IMG/VR virus record: IMGVR_UViG_3300045136_000267
Direction: 5' to 3' (one strand)
DNA from: a virus
DNA: 64,000 bases
Shown: positions 39,867 to 49,432 of the stretch, piece by piece
How the letters are laid out: each line of letters starts with the position of its first letter
How positions within the stretch are numbered: position 1 is the stretch's first letter
Made by a program: the position numbers and the translations under genes
The notes under the pieces: generated by a model
Seen by the model: the letters and a program-made list of their open reading frames with translations, nothing else
The model's database searches: none
What the model was told of the DNA's origin: nothing

Positions 39867-39937
39867 CAGCTCAAATATTATGCTTTACTCCTTAGCAGTA
39901 TCTGATTTAGAATAATACGTAGCTTAGCATTAATACA

Positions 39938-39976
39938 GTCAACTACCCCCGACTGAAGTCGGGGGCTTCCGCGCTG
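39938..39976 (-). mobile_element. IS200/IS605 end remnant (single hairpin)
   Basis: Reverse complement reads CAGCGCGGAAGCCCCCGACTTCAGTCGGGGGTAGTTGAC. Confidence 0.7.
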
Positions 39977-40044
39977 GTGATGCTGTGAAAGTAAATTGTA
40001 CCCCTTTGCTGCTATTGCTATAAAGAGCAAAAATCAGAAAAACT

Positions 40045-40296
40045 ATGCTAATGGATCCTGCTTTTTATGCGGAAGCTTTGCTTTGGGAGAAGCTAGCTTC
40101 TGAGGAGCTTAACCTCCCCGAAAGTATGGATAAAAATTTGGAGAAGGAAACAGCGGCAAAGAAGAAACCTAAAAAACCACTTTCCTGGTACGATCATCTA
40201 AATATCCAAACCTGGTCCTTAATAGGCATACTAATGGGGATAGCATTATCCCGAGCTTGGAGCAATGAATATGCTCGGCTAACTCAGAATCAATAA
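40045..40296 (+). CDS. KxA-leader membrane protein
   Basis: AFYAEALLWEKLAS; C-terminal hydrophobic helix. Confidence 0.65.
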   Translation: MLMDPAFYAEALLWEKLASEELNLPESMDKNLEKETAAKKKPKKPLSWYDHLNIQTWSLIGILMGIALSRAWSNEYARLTQNQ

Positions 40297-40339
40297 TTAA
40301 AATTTATGGCATAAACTAAAAAACAGGAGCAGTAATAAA

Positions 40340-40699
40340 ATGAATGCAAACACCAAAGCTTACATAGAAGCTTTATTAGCTAATGAATATTTAATTAAGC
40401 AAGCATCGGAAAGACGTTCCCGTAATCGTTCTGAAGATTCCGAAGAGTACGTAGATCCGGATTTTGAGCTTCCTAGAAAGATAAATGTTGGTAAGTCTCT
40501 GAATATTGGTTCTTTACTAGGTGTATTAGCAGGATTAACGCTTGGAGTGGTCTTTGGAGATAAAATAAAAGGCGGTTTGGGTTATCTACTGCCCAGAGCA
40601 TCTGGCGGTGGCGATGCGCCTCCAGCTCCTCCAACCACAGACGCCCCCGCAGGTATTTTAAACCCGGAGCAACCTATTGACGTTGATGCTTTTATCTAA
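40340..40699 (+). CDS. KxA-leader protein with Gly-rich hydrophobic helix
   Basis: KAYIEALLANEYLIKQAS; AGGAG SD. Confidence 0.7.
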   Translation: MNANTKAYIEALLANEYLIKQASERRSRNRSEDSEEYVDPDFELPRKINVGKSLNIGSLLGVLAGLTLGVVFGDKIKGGLGYLLPRASGGGDAPPAPPTTDAPAGILNPEQPIDVDAFI

Positions 40700-40777
40700 A
40701 TTTAAGTTCATCTGTAGCGTTGTAATATGATCGTTTCTCCTATTCTTTACAAAGAACTTTAGATAACTTGGTGTTTT

Positions 40778-41299
40778 ATGATAGGATTTAATAAGCAAGC
40801 TTTCCTAGAAGCATTAGTTTTTGACGAATTAATTAAAATGGCTGATGCGGCTACACAGCCAGAGGCTGCACCAGAGGTCCAGCCGGAGGCTCAGGCACCT
40901 GCTCCGCCTGCTGCCCAAGAAGCTGCCGCAAAAGATGCGCCGGCAGAAGGTGCAGCTAATGCTGACAATGCTGCGGATGCCGCGAAGGCTGATAATGTCG
41001 CGGATGCTAATAAGGCTGATAAAGCCCCTGATGCTAATAAGGCTCCTGCTGCTGATAAGGCTGAAACCACACAACCAGAGTCCGCCTCTCCTGGAGAAAT
41101 GGTTCCAGTTTATACTCCTACTAAAAGGGAAAATAATGCACAAGTACCATATCAAGATATTTTAGGTCGTACATATCATGGAGGAGATCAAGCAACTCCA
41201 CAGGTGGCATCTTACACGGGCCACGTTCCTGAGGTATCATATCTAGCAGCGCCCTTTGACGTAAGTTTTAATACAGGGCAAGTGAGGACGGTGGGATAA
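40778..41299 (+). CDS. KxA-leader Ala/Pro-rich low-complexity protein
   Basis: KQAFLEALVFDELIKMAD; ADNAAD/ADKAPD repeats. Confidence 0.7.
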   Translation: MIGFNKQAFLEALVFDELIKMADAATQPEAAPEVQPEAQAPAPPAAQEAAAKDAPAEGAANADNAADAAKADNVADANKADKAPDANKAPAADKAETTQPESASPGEMVPVYTPTKRENNAQVPYQDILGRTYHGGDQATPQVASYTGHVPEVSYLAAPFDVSFNTGQVRTVG

Positions 41300-41390
41300 T
41301 TCTGTCTTTTAATGCGCTACAATCCAGTCCTAATCTTTAAATTATGTAACAAATTTGAGGCATAAATAATTGAAAAAAGATAATAAAATA

Positions 41391-41419
41391 AAAAATCCTA
41401 CTAAATTTGTAGGATTTTT
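41391..41419. promoter_or_regulatory. 11-bp inverted repeat between two promoter-like motifs
   Basis: AAAAATCCTAC-TAAATTT-GTAGGATTTTT, lying between the motifs at 41359 and 41448. Confidence 0.45.
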
Positions 41420-41676
41420 CCTATTCAGGATTTAGTCGTAAATATACGGCATAAATAGATGGAATCTCTATGTTCACTACTTTTAGTAGGAGTGAAATTA
41501 AAATTTCTAGAAATCAAAGAATCTATAAAAGATAGAGAATATGATATCCGTCTTGTACCAGATATATTTTCTCCATTATTCCATCTATTTATTTCTAGAC
41601 AGAATATCAAACTACTTATATCATCGAACCAATATAATGTATGTAGGAAAGCTGTTCAAAATTCTAGTAATTAGCT

Positions 41677-41997
41677 TTGTTTTTTATGCAGGTATACTTA
41701 ATTGATCGCAATCTTTTTCAGAAAGCACTTGCTTGTTATGCCTATGGATCTGTTCTTTATTACGACCCATGTCCTAATGATTCTATTTCTGTAATCACTG
41801 CAGTAACATTATTAGGAACCAAAGTAGCTACTTACATGGTGAATACTCTTACTGTACAATTGAACTCTGATGGTAATTACGTTCTAAAAAGAGAATCTTG
41901 TGCTGCCAATAAATATAAGAATACTTTTGATAATTTAAAGAGATATAGAATAGTTATTTATCCAGAAAAGATAGAATTTTGTACTGAAACTAAGTAG
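41677..41997 (+). CDS. Hypothetical protein
   Basis: ORF only; start uncertain. Confidence 0.5.
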   Translation: MFFMQVYLIDRNLFQKALACYAYGSVLYYDPCPNDSISVITAVTLLGTKVATYMVNTLTVQLNSDGNYVLKRESCAANKYKNTFDNLKRYRIVIYPEKIEFCTETK

Positions 41998-42034
41998 GCA
42001 ATCTCTCTGTTCTGTTCAAGCAAGGAGGCAATGG

Positions 42035-42292
42035 ATGCCTGCCAATATCATTCATAGGTTGCACAGGGACAAAAACATTCTGCTTAAAGATATTGTTCTT
42101 TGGTTAAGAAAACTAGGAGTGCCTTTAGACGTTATTGCTAAAGAACTTCTAGATAACAACGTACCTGGCTACCTGATAATTAGAGTCTTTGTGAATATCG
42201 GGCTTAGAGATGATGAGATAACAGAAACGTTATGGAAAATTGCAGATAAGAAGACTGTTAGAAAGTTTTGGTTTGATTTTCTTCGTTCCTAG
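42035..42292 (+). CDS. Small helical-repeat protein
   Basis: AAGGAGG SD; repeating I..L...G/N pattern. Confidence 0.65.
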   Translation: MPANIIHRLHRDKNILLKDIVLWLRKLGVPLDVIAKELLDNNVPGYLIIRVFVNIGLRDDEITETLWKIADKKTVRKFWFDFLRS

Positions 42293-42491
42293 GAGCTGTA
42301 ACCGTGGCAAATTCTGAAGTCTACACTCTCATTGCTACTAAGAATAATCGCCAGAAAACGTTAAAATTACTCAATAAAAAGAGAGTGCAGCAAATTATGC
42401 TTGAGCTATCAGCCCGAGGCTGGGCTATCAAAGTACATTCATCTAAGAAGCTTCAATAGGACACTTCTTTATATCATTAGGAGAGAATCTC

Positions 42492-44288
42492 ATGCGATCT
42501 TTCACCTACGAAGAACTCACTTTCTGTTCTGATTCTGCACTGGATTCTAAATTTAAAGAACTACTTTTCAAGAAACCAATAATTGTGACTTTCTACGATC
42601 TCTTACTAGAAACTATCTACGAACAAATCTATGCTATTGGTCCTGGTAGCCTTTTTTACCCAATAAAGGAACTTGTTTCAAAGAAAACAAAAACTAAACA
42701 AGAAGTAAGAGAAATTTTGGATAATCATCAATCTATCAATAAGTCTCTGGTACTATATGCAAACTTCCTACCAACTACTATGTGGAAAGATTCCTATTTC
42801 TTTACAGGATTTTATTGCAAAGATTATATAGTCAATATTAAAGGTAAAGGAGATGAAGACTTTTTATTATTTGACTTAGTGCGTTCTCCAACTACAAACG
42901 ACGTTTGTCTCCTTACTAAATTAAATGAAGGAGGTGAATTACAAAACAATCCCTCATTCATTCCTATTAGAACAATAGAACCCACAAAGAAATTTAAGAC
43001 TAGGTTAATTAAAATTTTAGATTTTATGAAGAAGGAGAATATTATCTTTCACGTTGCTTCTGTAAAAAATACTTTTACATTGGATCCAAATAAAGGTTAT
43101 AATTCCAAACGTTGGGAAATGAATGTTGATTTTAGACAAAGTATCTTATTTATCCTGAGAGTACCTAGTTGTCACAAAGATTGCTTTTTTATCGTCGAGC
43201 TTAATAATCCTCTTTTAAAAGAACGTAGAAATTTATCGTACTATTATTTATCTACTTCTCAGCATCAAATAGAGCAAATTATCTCTTCATTTATTATCAA
43301 CAATTTTGCTCTTCCTATTCATATCTCTGCTGTTCTAGATATTTTCTATAATAAGTATAAATCTAATATAGAATTTAACGATACAATTAAATATTCACCT
43401 CATGATAGTAACACGGTGACCAGTAACAATTCCTATTTTGTCGAGGATACTGGTAAGAGTTTAATGCAATATATAACTAGGATAGATGCGGCAAAAATGC
43501 TGGAATGGAATACTCATTTTCAGAGTATTTTTAATATTAATAGAATCTTTGGAGTCAAAGAAAAACGATCTGAAATTAGTTTTGAATTAAAAAGGAAAAT
43601 ACGGTCTGAAATTATCACTTTATTTCGACAATCGTTACTCAGTTTACAGAATGTTATACAACCAGAAGCAATACTAGAGCGAGATCTAATGAGTTCTGCT
43701 TTCGACTATGAAGTATCTTTTGAGGATTTATATGATCATGTGCTAGACCAGTTGAAAGAATATAATAATCAAGCGCTTACTTTGGAGACAGTTAAGCAGT
43801 TAATAGAAAGAGTAATGCTATTTCTAGTAGCGGCGCTTTCATCAAACGCTTTCTATTCTCTTTATTACCACGATAACGTTGGTATTCAAGATACATTCGA
43901 ATTACTTAATAAGTTTATTTCTACTTTTGGCCCCAGTGTTTTATCTAACATATTTCTGTCTGACAAATTTGAACTTGAAGGAAATTCTTTTTATGAATTT
44001 TCTATTCAACACCTTCCTATCTTATACGTGCATATCTCTAAAGATACTGCACGTATTTACATGTTGAATTATAAAGTAGTCGCTGACTTGGTTGTCAAAG
44101 GAAATCAGAAAGGTATTAAATTAGTATTAGGTACTAGATGGTATACTAGACCTAAGAATAAGTTTAACTCTTTCATTAAGAATACTATGACTATTTATAA
44201 ACAAGTATATGAAGGTACTTGTAATAAAAGCGACTTTGAGTCTGCAATACAGGCCTCTTCTGTAGCGTATCCAGCAGCTTTAACTTAG
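42492..44288 (+). CDS. Hypothetical protein, paralog of 44326..46080
   Basis: SYFFTGF..DYIVNI and FGPSVLS..FYEFSIQHLPILYV have counterparts in the next gene. Confidence 0.7.
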   Translation: MRSFTYEELTFCSDSALDSKFKELLFKKPIIVTFYDLLLETIYEQIYAIGPGSLFYPIKELVSKKTKTKQEVREILDNHQSINKSLVLYANFLPTTMWKDSYFFTGFYCKDYIVNIKGKGDEDFLLFDLVRSPTTNDVCLLTKLNEGGELQNNPSFIPIRTIEPTKKFKTRLIKILDFMKKENIIFHVASVKNTFTLDPNKGYNSKRWEMNVDFRQSILFILRVPSCHKDCFFIVELNNPLLKERRNLSYYYLSTSQHQIEQIISSFIINNFALPIHISAVLDIFYNKYKSNIEFNDTIKYSPHDSNTVTSNNSYFVEDTGKSLMQYITRIDAAKMLEWNTHFQSIFNINRIFGVKEKRSEISFELKRKIRSEIITLFRQSLLSLQNVIQPEAILERDLMSSAFDYEVSFEDLYDHVLDQLKEYNNQALTLETVKQLIERVMLFLVAALSSNAFYSLYYHDNVGIQDTFELLNKFISTFGPSVLSNIFLSDKFELEGNSFYEFSIQHLPILYVHISKDTARIYMLNYKVVADLVVKGNQKGIKLVLGTRWYTRPKNKFNSFIKNTMTIYKQVYEGTCNKSDFESAIQASSVAYPAALT

Positions 44289-44325
44289 GTGAAGTTTTCC
44301 TAGCTCTCTGAAGAATGAGGTAAAT

Positions 44326-46080
44326 ATGACGAAGGAAAAAATCCATCCGTCACTAATAAAACTCTATTCGAACGATGATCCAACTTTACCAGAATTATTT
44401 TTCACAACACCTTTAGTACATAAACAATATCAGTTACTATATAAAGGTTTAAAAGAAGGAACATTAGGCTCTATTCTTTCTAAGACTGCTCTTTCTAAAA
44501 CTTCTTCAGACACTAAAGAAGTACCATATGAAGAGGAAGATCTCCCATTTTTCTCTGCTTTAAATTACGACAAAACTATCTGCATTTGTTTTAATATCAA
44601 ACGTCCAAGTTATTCATATATTTTAACTGGTTTTGAAACTGATAACTATATTTTTAATATCTTTTCTGAACTGAGTTATCACAAATTTAAGATACTAGAA
44701 TCTCAACGCCCGGTAACCACTTCTTGCGGTTCTTTATTACCTTCTGTAACTCTTTGTTCAATTAAACAAAGTTTTTATGAATCTCTGCTAGCAAGAGCAG
44801 ATATTCTTGAACAGAATGACATTAATATCACTACGATATGCACAAACAACTATCTAAAACTAGATATAAATGACATGAAATACGGGATTAACGCCAAGAA
44901 AACGTTCTTATCAGCGATACGCAGTAGTGCTCGTCCTTTTGTATTCAACGTCATTCGATTTAAAGGTCCTAGAAAAACGGTATTCTTCTTAAGTTCAATT
45001 ACAGATACAAGGGCACGTTCGCGCTATTTTTCTAATAAAGATGAATATTTAGTTAGTCTTTCAGAAGAAGAAAAGAAGAAGATTCTATCTTTAGTATGCA
45101 TGTTTTATACATTTGCCCCTTCCACTTTTTTCATTTCTATCGTAGATAGCATATTAAAGTATGTTGATCGTAATAAAGATATTATTAAAGAATGGAATTC
45201 TAACAATATTGCTAAGCCATATTTAACTCTAAATAGCTTATTTCATACTATTTTTCTTCCGATAGTTAGTCATAATACGTCAACATTAGATATTTTTATT
45301 GATACTAACTATATAGATGTAGTCTTTTACTTGACTTGTATTGCATTGGATCCAAAGGAACACAATCCTATTTATAAAATTGATCATCTAAAAGCATTAT
45401 TTAATATTTTGCTTAATCAAAATAATGTCATTAAACAGAGCACGAATTGCTTCTATCTTTACAATAAACTTTTTAAAGATGATACTTGCAACGAGATAAC
45501 TACGTACGATCTTTGGTTTCCTGATAACCTTAAGTCAAATCATACTAATTTAATGAAACGTGATCTAGCTTATGCTAGGAATATTTATGATACAGTGCTT
45601 TTTTATTTGACATATTATATAGCATCTAATACTACATGTTATACAAGTATTAAACATGTATTGGATATAGTGCGTATTATTGTAAGACGTTTTGGTACTT
45701 CCATTGTTTCTAAACACTATCTAAATGATGTATTTACTTATAACAGTGTTACAATCTATGAATATTCATTTGCCCATGTTCCATTTTTGTATATTTGCGT
45801 AGACAGAAAAGAAAATAAAACAAGTATATTCGTATTAGATGACATGTCTACCAAAATTTTATCTACTAATATGCATCAAGTAGCTCTGGGTACAAACGAG
45901 TTCTCTACATCAGAAAGGAAATGGACCAGATTTGCCAACTCTTGCTTGTCTTTGTTCAAAAAAGAATATGAAAAGGAAGGCTTGTTCACTCTAGATGAGT
46001 CGTCGGATCCTGTAGTATATCAACACGTACCACTATATCTAACCAGAATTCTCGGCACTTGGTGCAACTTTTATGAGTAA
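44326..46080 (+). CDS. Hypothetical protein, paralog of 42492..44288
   Basis: SYILTGF..NYIFNI and FGTSIVS..IYEYSFAHVPFLYI. Confidence 0.7.
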   Translation: MTKEKIHPSLIKLYSNDDPTLPELFFTTPLVHKQYQLLYKGLKEGTLGSILSKTALSKTSSDTKEVPYEEEDLPFFSALNYDKTICICFNIKRPSYSYILTGFETDNYIFNIFSELSYHKFKILESQRPVTTSCGSLLPSVTLCSIKQSFYESLLARADILEQNDINITTICTNNYLKLDINDMKYGINAKKTFLSAIRSSARPFVFNVIRFKGPRKTVFFLSSITDTRARSRYFSNKDEYLVSLSEEEKKKILSLVCMFYTFAPSTFFISIVDSILKYVDRNKDIIKEWNSNNIAKPYLTLNSLFHTIFLPIVSHNTSTLDIFIDTNYIDVVFYLTCIALDPKEHNPIYKIDHLKALFNILLNQNNVIKQSTNCFYLYNKLFKDDTCNEITTYDLWFPDNLKSNHTNLMKRDLAYARNIYDTVLFYLTYYIASNTTCYTSIKHVLDIVRIIVRRFGTSIVSKHYLNDVFTYNSVTIYEYSFAHVPFLYICVDRKENKTSIFVLDDMSTKILSTNMHQVALGTNEFSTSERKWTRFANSCLSLFKKEYEKEGLFTLDESSDPVVYQHVPLYLTRILGTWCNFYE

Positions 46081-47095
46081 ATCAAGTCTCTTAATTGATA
46101 ATGATTATTTGGACGCGCTTTCTGATATAAAAGTTAGCCGACTAGTTAAATACATGGGTCGCTGCTATACTTCTTGGCTAACTATTTCTAAAACAGATAA
46201 TTCGGTAGTAAATGAATCAATAGTAAATGACTATCATGGATTACAAAGGTACCTTTCTTTATTTAATTCTGACTCGACGCTAAAAGATACGATTTTTGTT
46301 CATACTCCTGACAAATTATATTACTTGTTGAGTTTATTGAATATAATGGCTGATAGTAATAAGATAAATAATGCTAAGTATTTAACTAGAGTTTTTGTAA
46401 AAGGTATAGATAATGTTCTATCAGATATTGTTATTCCTGTAGTCTACATTAACCATTTCACAACAAAGGCTCGACTTAAAAAGAACGATAAGCTGGGGTT
46501 AGAAGAAAGTAGACTCAATCAAGTTTTAACATCTTTAACAAATGCTGCTGATGTCAGTCAAAAAATATCTGATACAATGACTAACTTACTTTCATTATTT
46601 AGTAAATATTTACCTTTTACCTCGGATTATACACCAGAACCTTATTTAGTACTAATTAATAAAGTTCTTACATCTGTTACAGTAGCTATCAAATCCTCAT
46701 CAATTCAATCTATTGATGCCGCCGTTCATTTCGATTTAATACCTTCTTATTCTTATCAGATTACTACTTCAGTGCGTAATTCTTCTAATAAAAGCAGGAA
46801 TAAGCTATCCTCTATTGCCCTTACTATGTATGGAGAATCAAAGGATAAGGGTTCACTAAATAGTTTGTATGCTTATTACAAATATCCCGACACCTATTTT
46901 TCTTCTATTGGTTGTAATGATAAAATACTACAGCAAATCTTTTATGCCTTGATTTCTATTATTTATCAAGATATAAAGACTATGATTCAGGCTAGAATAT
47001 CTCAGTTAGAGACTTCTACATCTCATAAAAAGAATATTACTAAGGGGGATCTTTACAGGGAAATTCTATTGTTCAAAACTAAAACCAAAGAATAG
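46073..47095 (+). CDS. Hypothetical protein
   Basis: Long ORF overlapping the previous stop codon. Confidence 0.65.
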   Translation: MSKSSLLIDNDYLDALSDIKVSRLVKYMGRCYTSWLTISKTDNSVVNESIVNDYHGLQRYLSLFNSDSTLKDTIFVHTPDKLYYLLSLLNIMADSNKINNAKYLTRVFVKGIDNVLSDIVIPVVYINHFTTKARLKKNDKLGLEESRLNQVLTSLTNAADVSQKISDTMTNLLSLFSKYLPFTSDYTPEPYLVLINKVLTSVTVAIKSSSIQSIDAAVHFDLIPSYSYQITTSVRNSSNKSRNKLSSIALTMYGESKDKGSLNSLYAYYKYPDTYFSSIGCNDKILQQIFYALISIIYQDIKTMIQARISQLETSTSHKKNITKGDLYREILLFKTKTKE

Positions 47096-47200
47096 ATATT
47101 GCCGTATTACTACATAAGGAATAATCTATTTGTAAGGTCTCTCACGTGCGTTTCGTGAGTATCATTTTTACGGTTTATTATTTGTGAGGTTAACTTTCAG

Positions 47201-47968
47201 ATGCAAATGAATATTCAAATTGCACCGCTTGATGACATCAATAGTAAACTAAATTTCTCTATGCTATCTGAGGTAGGTTTAACCATCAGATTTACTACAG
47301 TTCCCGTAAAAGATAAGAGATTCGCTAAGCTAGCATTTGACGAGAACTGTAACTTCTGTGCTGTAAATGGTCCCAGTGCAAAATCTAAATGTAAATACTG
47401 TGGAGGTACTGGCTTCTGTAAAGTAGTTTCAGCTGCTAGAATCCGGTATAATCCTAACAATCTGTCTCATTTAGATGCACTGACTGACTTCCTTTACAAG
47501 CATGAATCTTTATTGTTAAATAGATATACTACGACCGTAGAACTTAAGGAATTTGGCGGTCTAGATAAAGATGGTACAGGAAGGGCTGTAGTTGTCTGTG
47601 GTACACACGGTGAAAAGTTACGGTGTGCCTATTCAGGCTCTCAGCCTAACGGCGTTCACGCTGTATTTTACGTAACTATCGCTTTAGTCGTGGACGATAG
47701 ATATAAGAATGATAAGCACGTAGGTAACGTATCTTTGGTGGCGGTAGAACGGTTACGGAAAGATCAGAAATTTAGATTGTCCAAAATATTCAGGCCATTA
47801 TTTAAATTTTATAGCTCTAATGGCGGGGCTATTGACTATGACGAAATGACCAACACAAAAATAGAATTTCCTGGTGAAGCTGTCAGGGCTGCAATGCAAA
47901 AAGCTATGACCCCTGACTGTACTACCAGTTTCTATTGCCTATGTTCGAAAGAACTTCCCAAAGAATAA
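47201..47968 (+). CDS. Protein with DnaJ-like Cys zinc-finger motif
   Basis: CNFC...CKYCGGTGF. Confidence 0.65.
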   Translation: MQMNIQIAPLDDINSKLNFSMLSEVGLTIRFTTVPVKDKRFAKLAFDENCNFCAVNGPSAKSKCKYCGGTGFCKVVSAARIRYNPNNLSHLDALTDFLYKHESLLLNRYTTTVELKEFGGLDKDGTGRAVVVCGTHGEKLRCAYSGSQPNGVHAVFYVTIALVVDDRYKNDKHVGNVSLVAVERLRKDQKFRLSKIFRPLFKFYSSNGGAIDYDEMTNTKIEFPGEAVRAAMQKAMTPDCTTSFYCLCSKELPKE

Positions 47969-48124
47969 AAAAAAGTAGCATTTTACTCTAAAGAGTAAGA
48001 TGCGGAGGCTAGCTTGATCATTTCAGGCTAGCCTCTTTTTTTTAGCTACAACTTAAATAGCTATTTTTATTTAGTTCATGATGTTCTATAATTCAATAGA
48101 TTGTTTGGCTACAGGAGCAGTAAA

Positions 48125-48397
48125 ATGCAGATCGAAGGTTCTTTAGGTAAAGTCTTGCTAGTTCTTGGTTTAGTGACTGTTGGGTTACTTTCTTATTTAG
48201 TTTATCAACATGCAAAACACTGTGAGAATTGCGATTCTCGCAGTCCTATTTTCAATGGTACCCTTTTACCTTGGAGAAGGGATGTAGAGGATAGACTTGA
48301 TAAGTTAGATTGGGATACTAGAGCCCTTAAAGACAGAGTTAAATATATAGAGGGTAAATTAAGAATCGGGGATTCGGGTTCTACTGGCAATAAGTGA
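48125..48397 (+). CDS. Small membrane-anchored coiled-coil protein
   Basis: AGGAG SD; one TM helix, then CENC and a coiled coil. Confidence 0.65.
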   Translation: MQIEGSLGKVLLVLGLVTVGLLSYLVYQHAKHCENCDSRSPIFNGTLLPWRRDVEDRLDKLDWDTRALKDRVKYIEGKLRIGDSGSTGNK

Positions 48398-48416
48398 TAA
48401 ATAACTGGGTATTTGT

Positions 48417-49412
48417 ATGAATAATGAACGTCCAATGGATATTTTAGATGCTATTATAAATAAAAAATTGTACAAGTCTGTTTATACTAAACAAGCAGAT
48501 TTTCTGGAATATAAAACTTCTCCTCCTACATCTAGTCAATTCTTAACTAGCATGGGGACTTTATATGACAAGAGTTTAGAGACTCCTGCTGCATCGAGTT
48601 CAAAATCTAGATACAGCGAACCGAGATCTAGTGCAACAGAAAAACTAGTATCAGAGTTACCAGAGACCCCTTCTAGAGAAAGAAGCTCAACCCCAACAAT
48701 AGCAGAAGGAGCATCTCCAGCAGTAGTAGGATCACCAGCTGGGCCCATAGGGTCAACTCCAGCAGCTGGAGGAGCAGCACCAGCAGCACCAGCAACGCCT
48801 GCAGTGGCGGCAGCACCAGCAGCTCCAGCTCCTGCTCCTGAGCCTGCTGAAGATGTGGCTGAAGCAAGAAGGGCTTCCCTATGGGAAGGGGCTAGATTTT
48901 ATACTGGTCCTGGACAAGAAACATTCGCTGTACTTACTACACATGATGCCGAACAATTGTTAAAAGAATTAGGCGTAAATCTTGGTGATCATAAATTAGC
49001 TGTTGATGAACATCCTGTATTACTAAATCTCAAGAACGGGTCTAGGGCCCTTGTATTTAAGGGTCCTGATGGTAGTGAGAATGTCGTAATTGGATCTCCT
49101 AATTTGCTAGGGGCTAAGATACCAGACGGCAATCTTGAACTCATTCATCCTTATTTATATAATATAATGACCAGCAAACCTTCTAATGGTACTAATGGCA
49201 GTACTAATGTTTTAGTACAATTACAAGGAGATCAATCAAGATCATATGATCCTACTATGCTACTACTACGTCTACTTATAGAATTGCTTAGGGAAAGTAG
49301 GAATGATGGTAATAGAAGTAATAATTCAGAAGCTAATCAACTGGCAAAATCAATTTTAGGTAACATTCAACATGTTCCTAAAATAGAACCAAGCTTGAGA
49401 AGGGTCTCATAA
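48417..49412 (+). CDS. KxA-leader putative virion protein
   Basis: DILDAII...YTKQAD; Pro/Ala linker. Confidence 0.65.
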   Translation: MNNERPMDILDAIINKKLYKSVYTKQADFLEYKTSPPTSSQFLTSMGTLYDKSLETPAASSSKSRYSEPRSSATEKLVSELPETPSRERSSTPTIAEGASPAVVGSPAGPIGSTPAAGGAAPAAPATPAVAAAPAAPAPAPEPAEDVAEARRASLWEGARFYTGPGQETFAVLTTHDAEQLLKELGVNLGDHKLAVDEHPVLLNLKNGSRALVFKGPDGSENVVIGSPNLLGAKIPDGNLELIHPYLYNIMTSKPSNGTNGSTNVLVQLQGDQSRSYDPTMLLLRLLIELLRESRNDGNRSNNSEANQLAKSILGNIQHVPKIEPSLRRVS

Positions 49413-49432
49413 TATTAATGGATTGAATTAGC

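Noticed and set aside
47128-47147. Match of the sequence after the 16519 repeat (ATTTGTAAGG) to this intergenic region
   Set aside because: Only 10 contiguous nt and 13/20 overall in AT-rich DNA; expected by chance.
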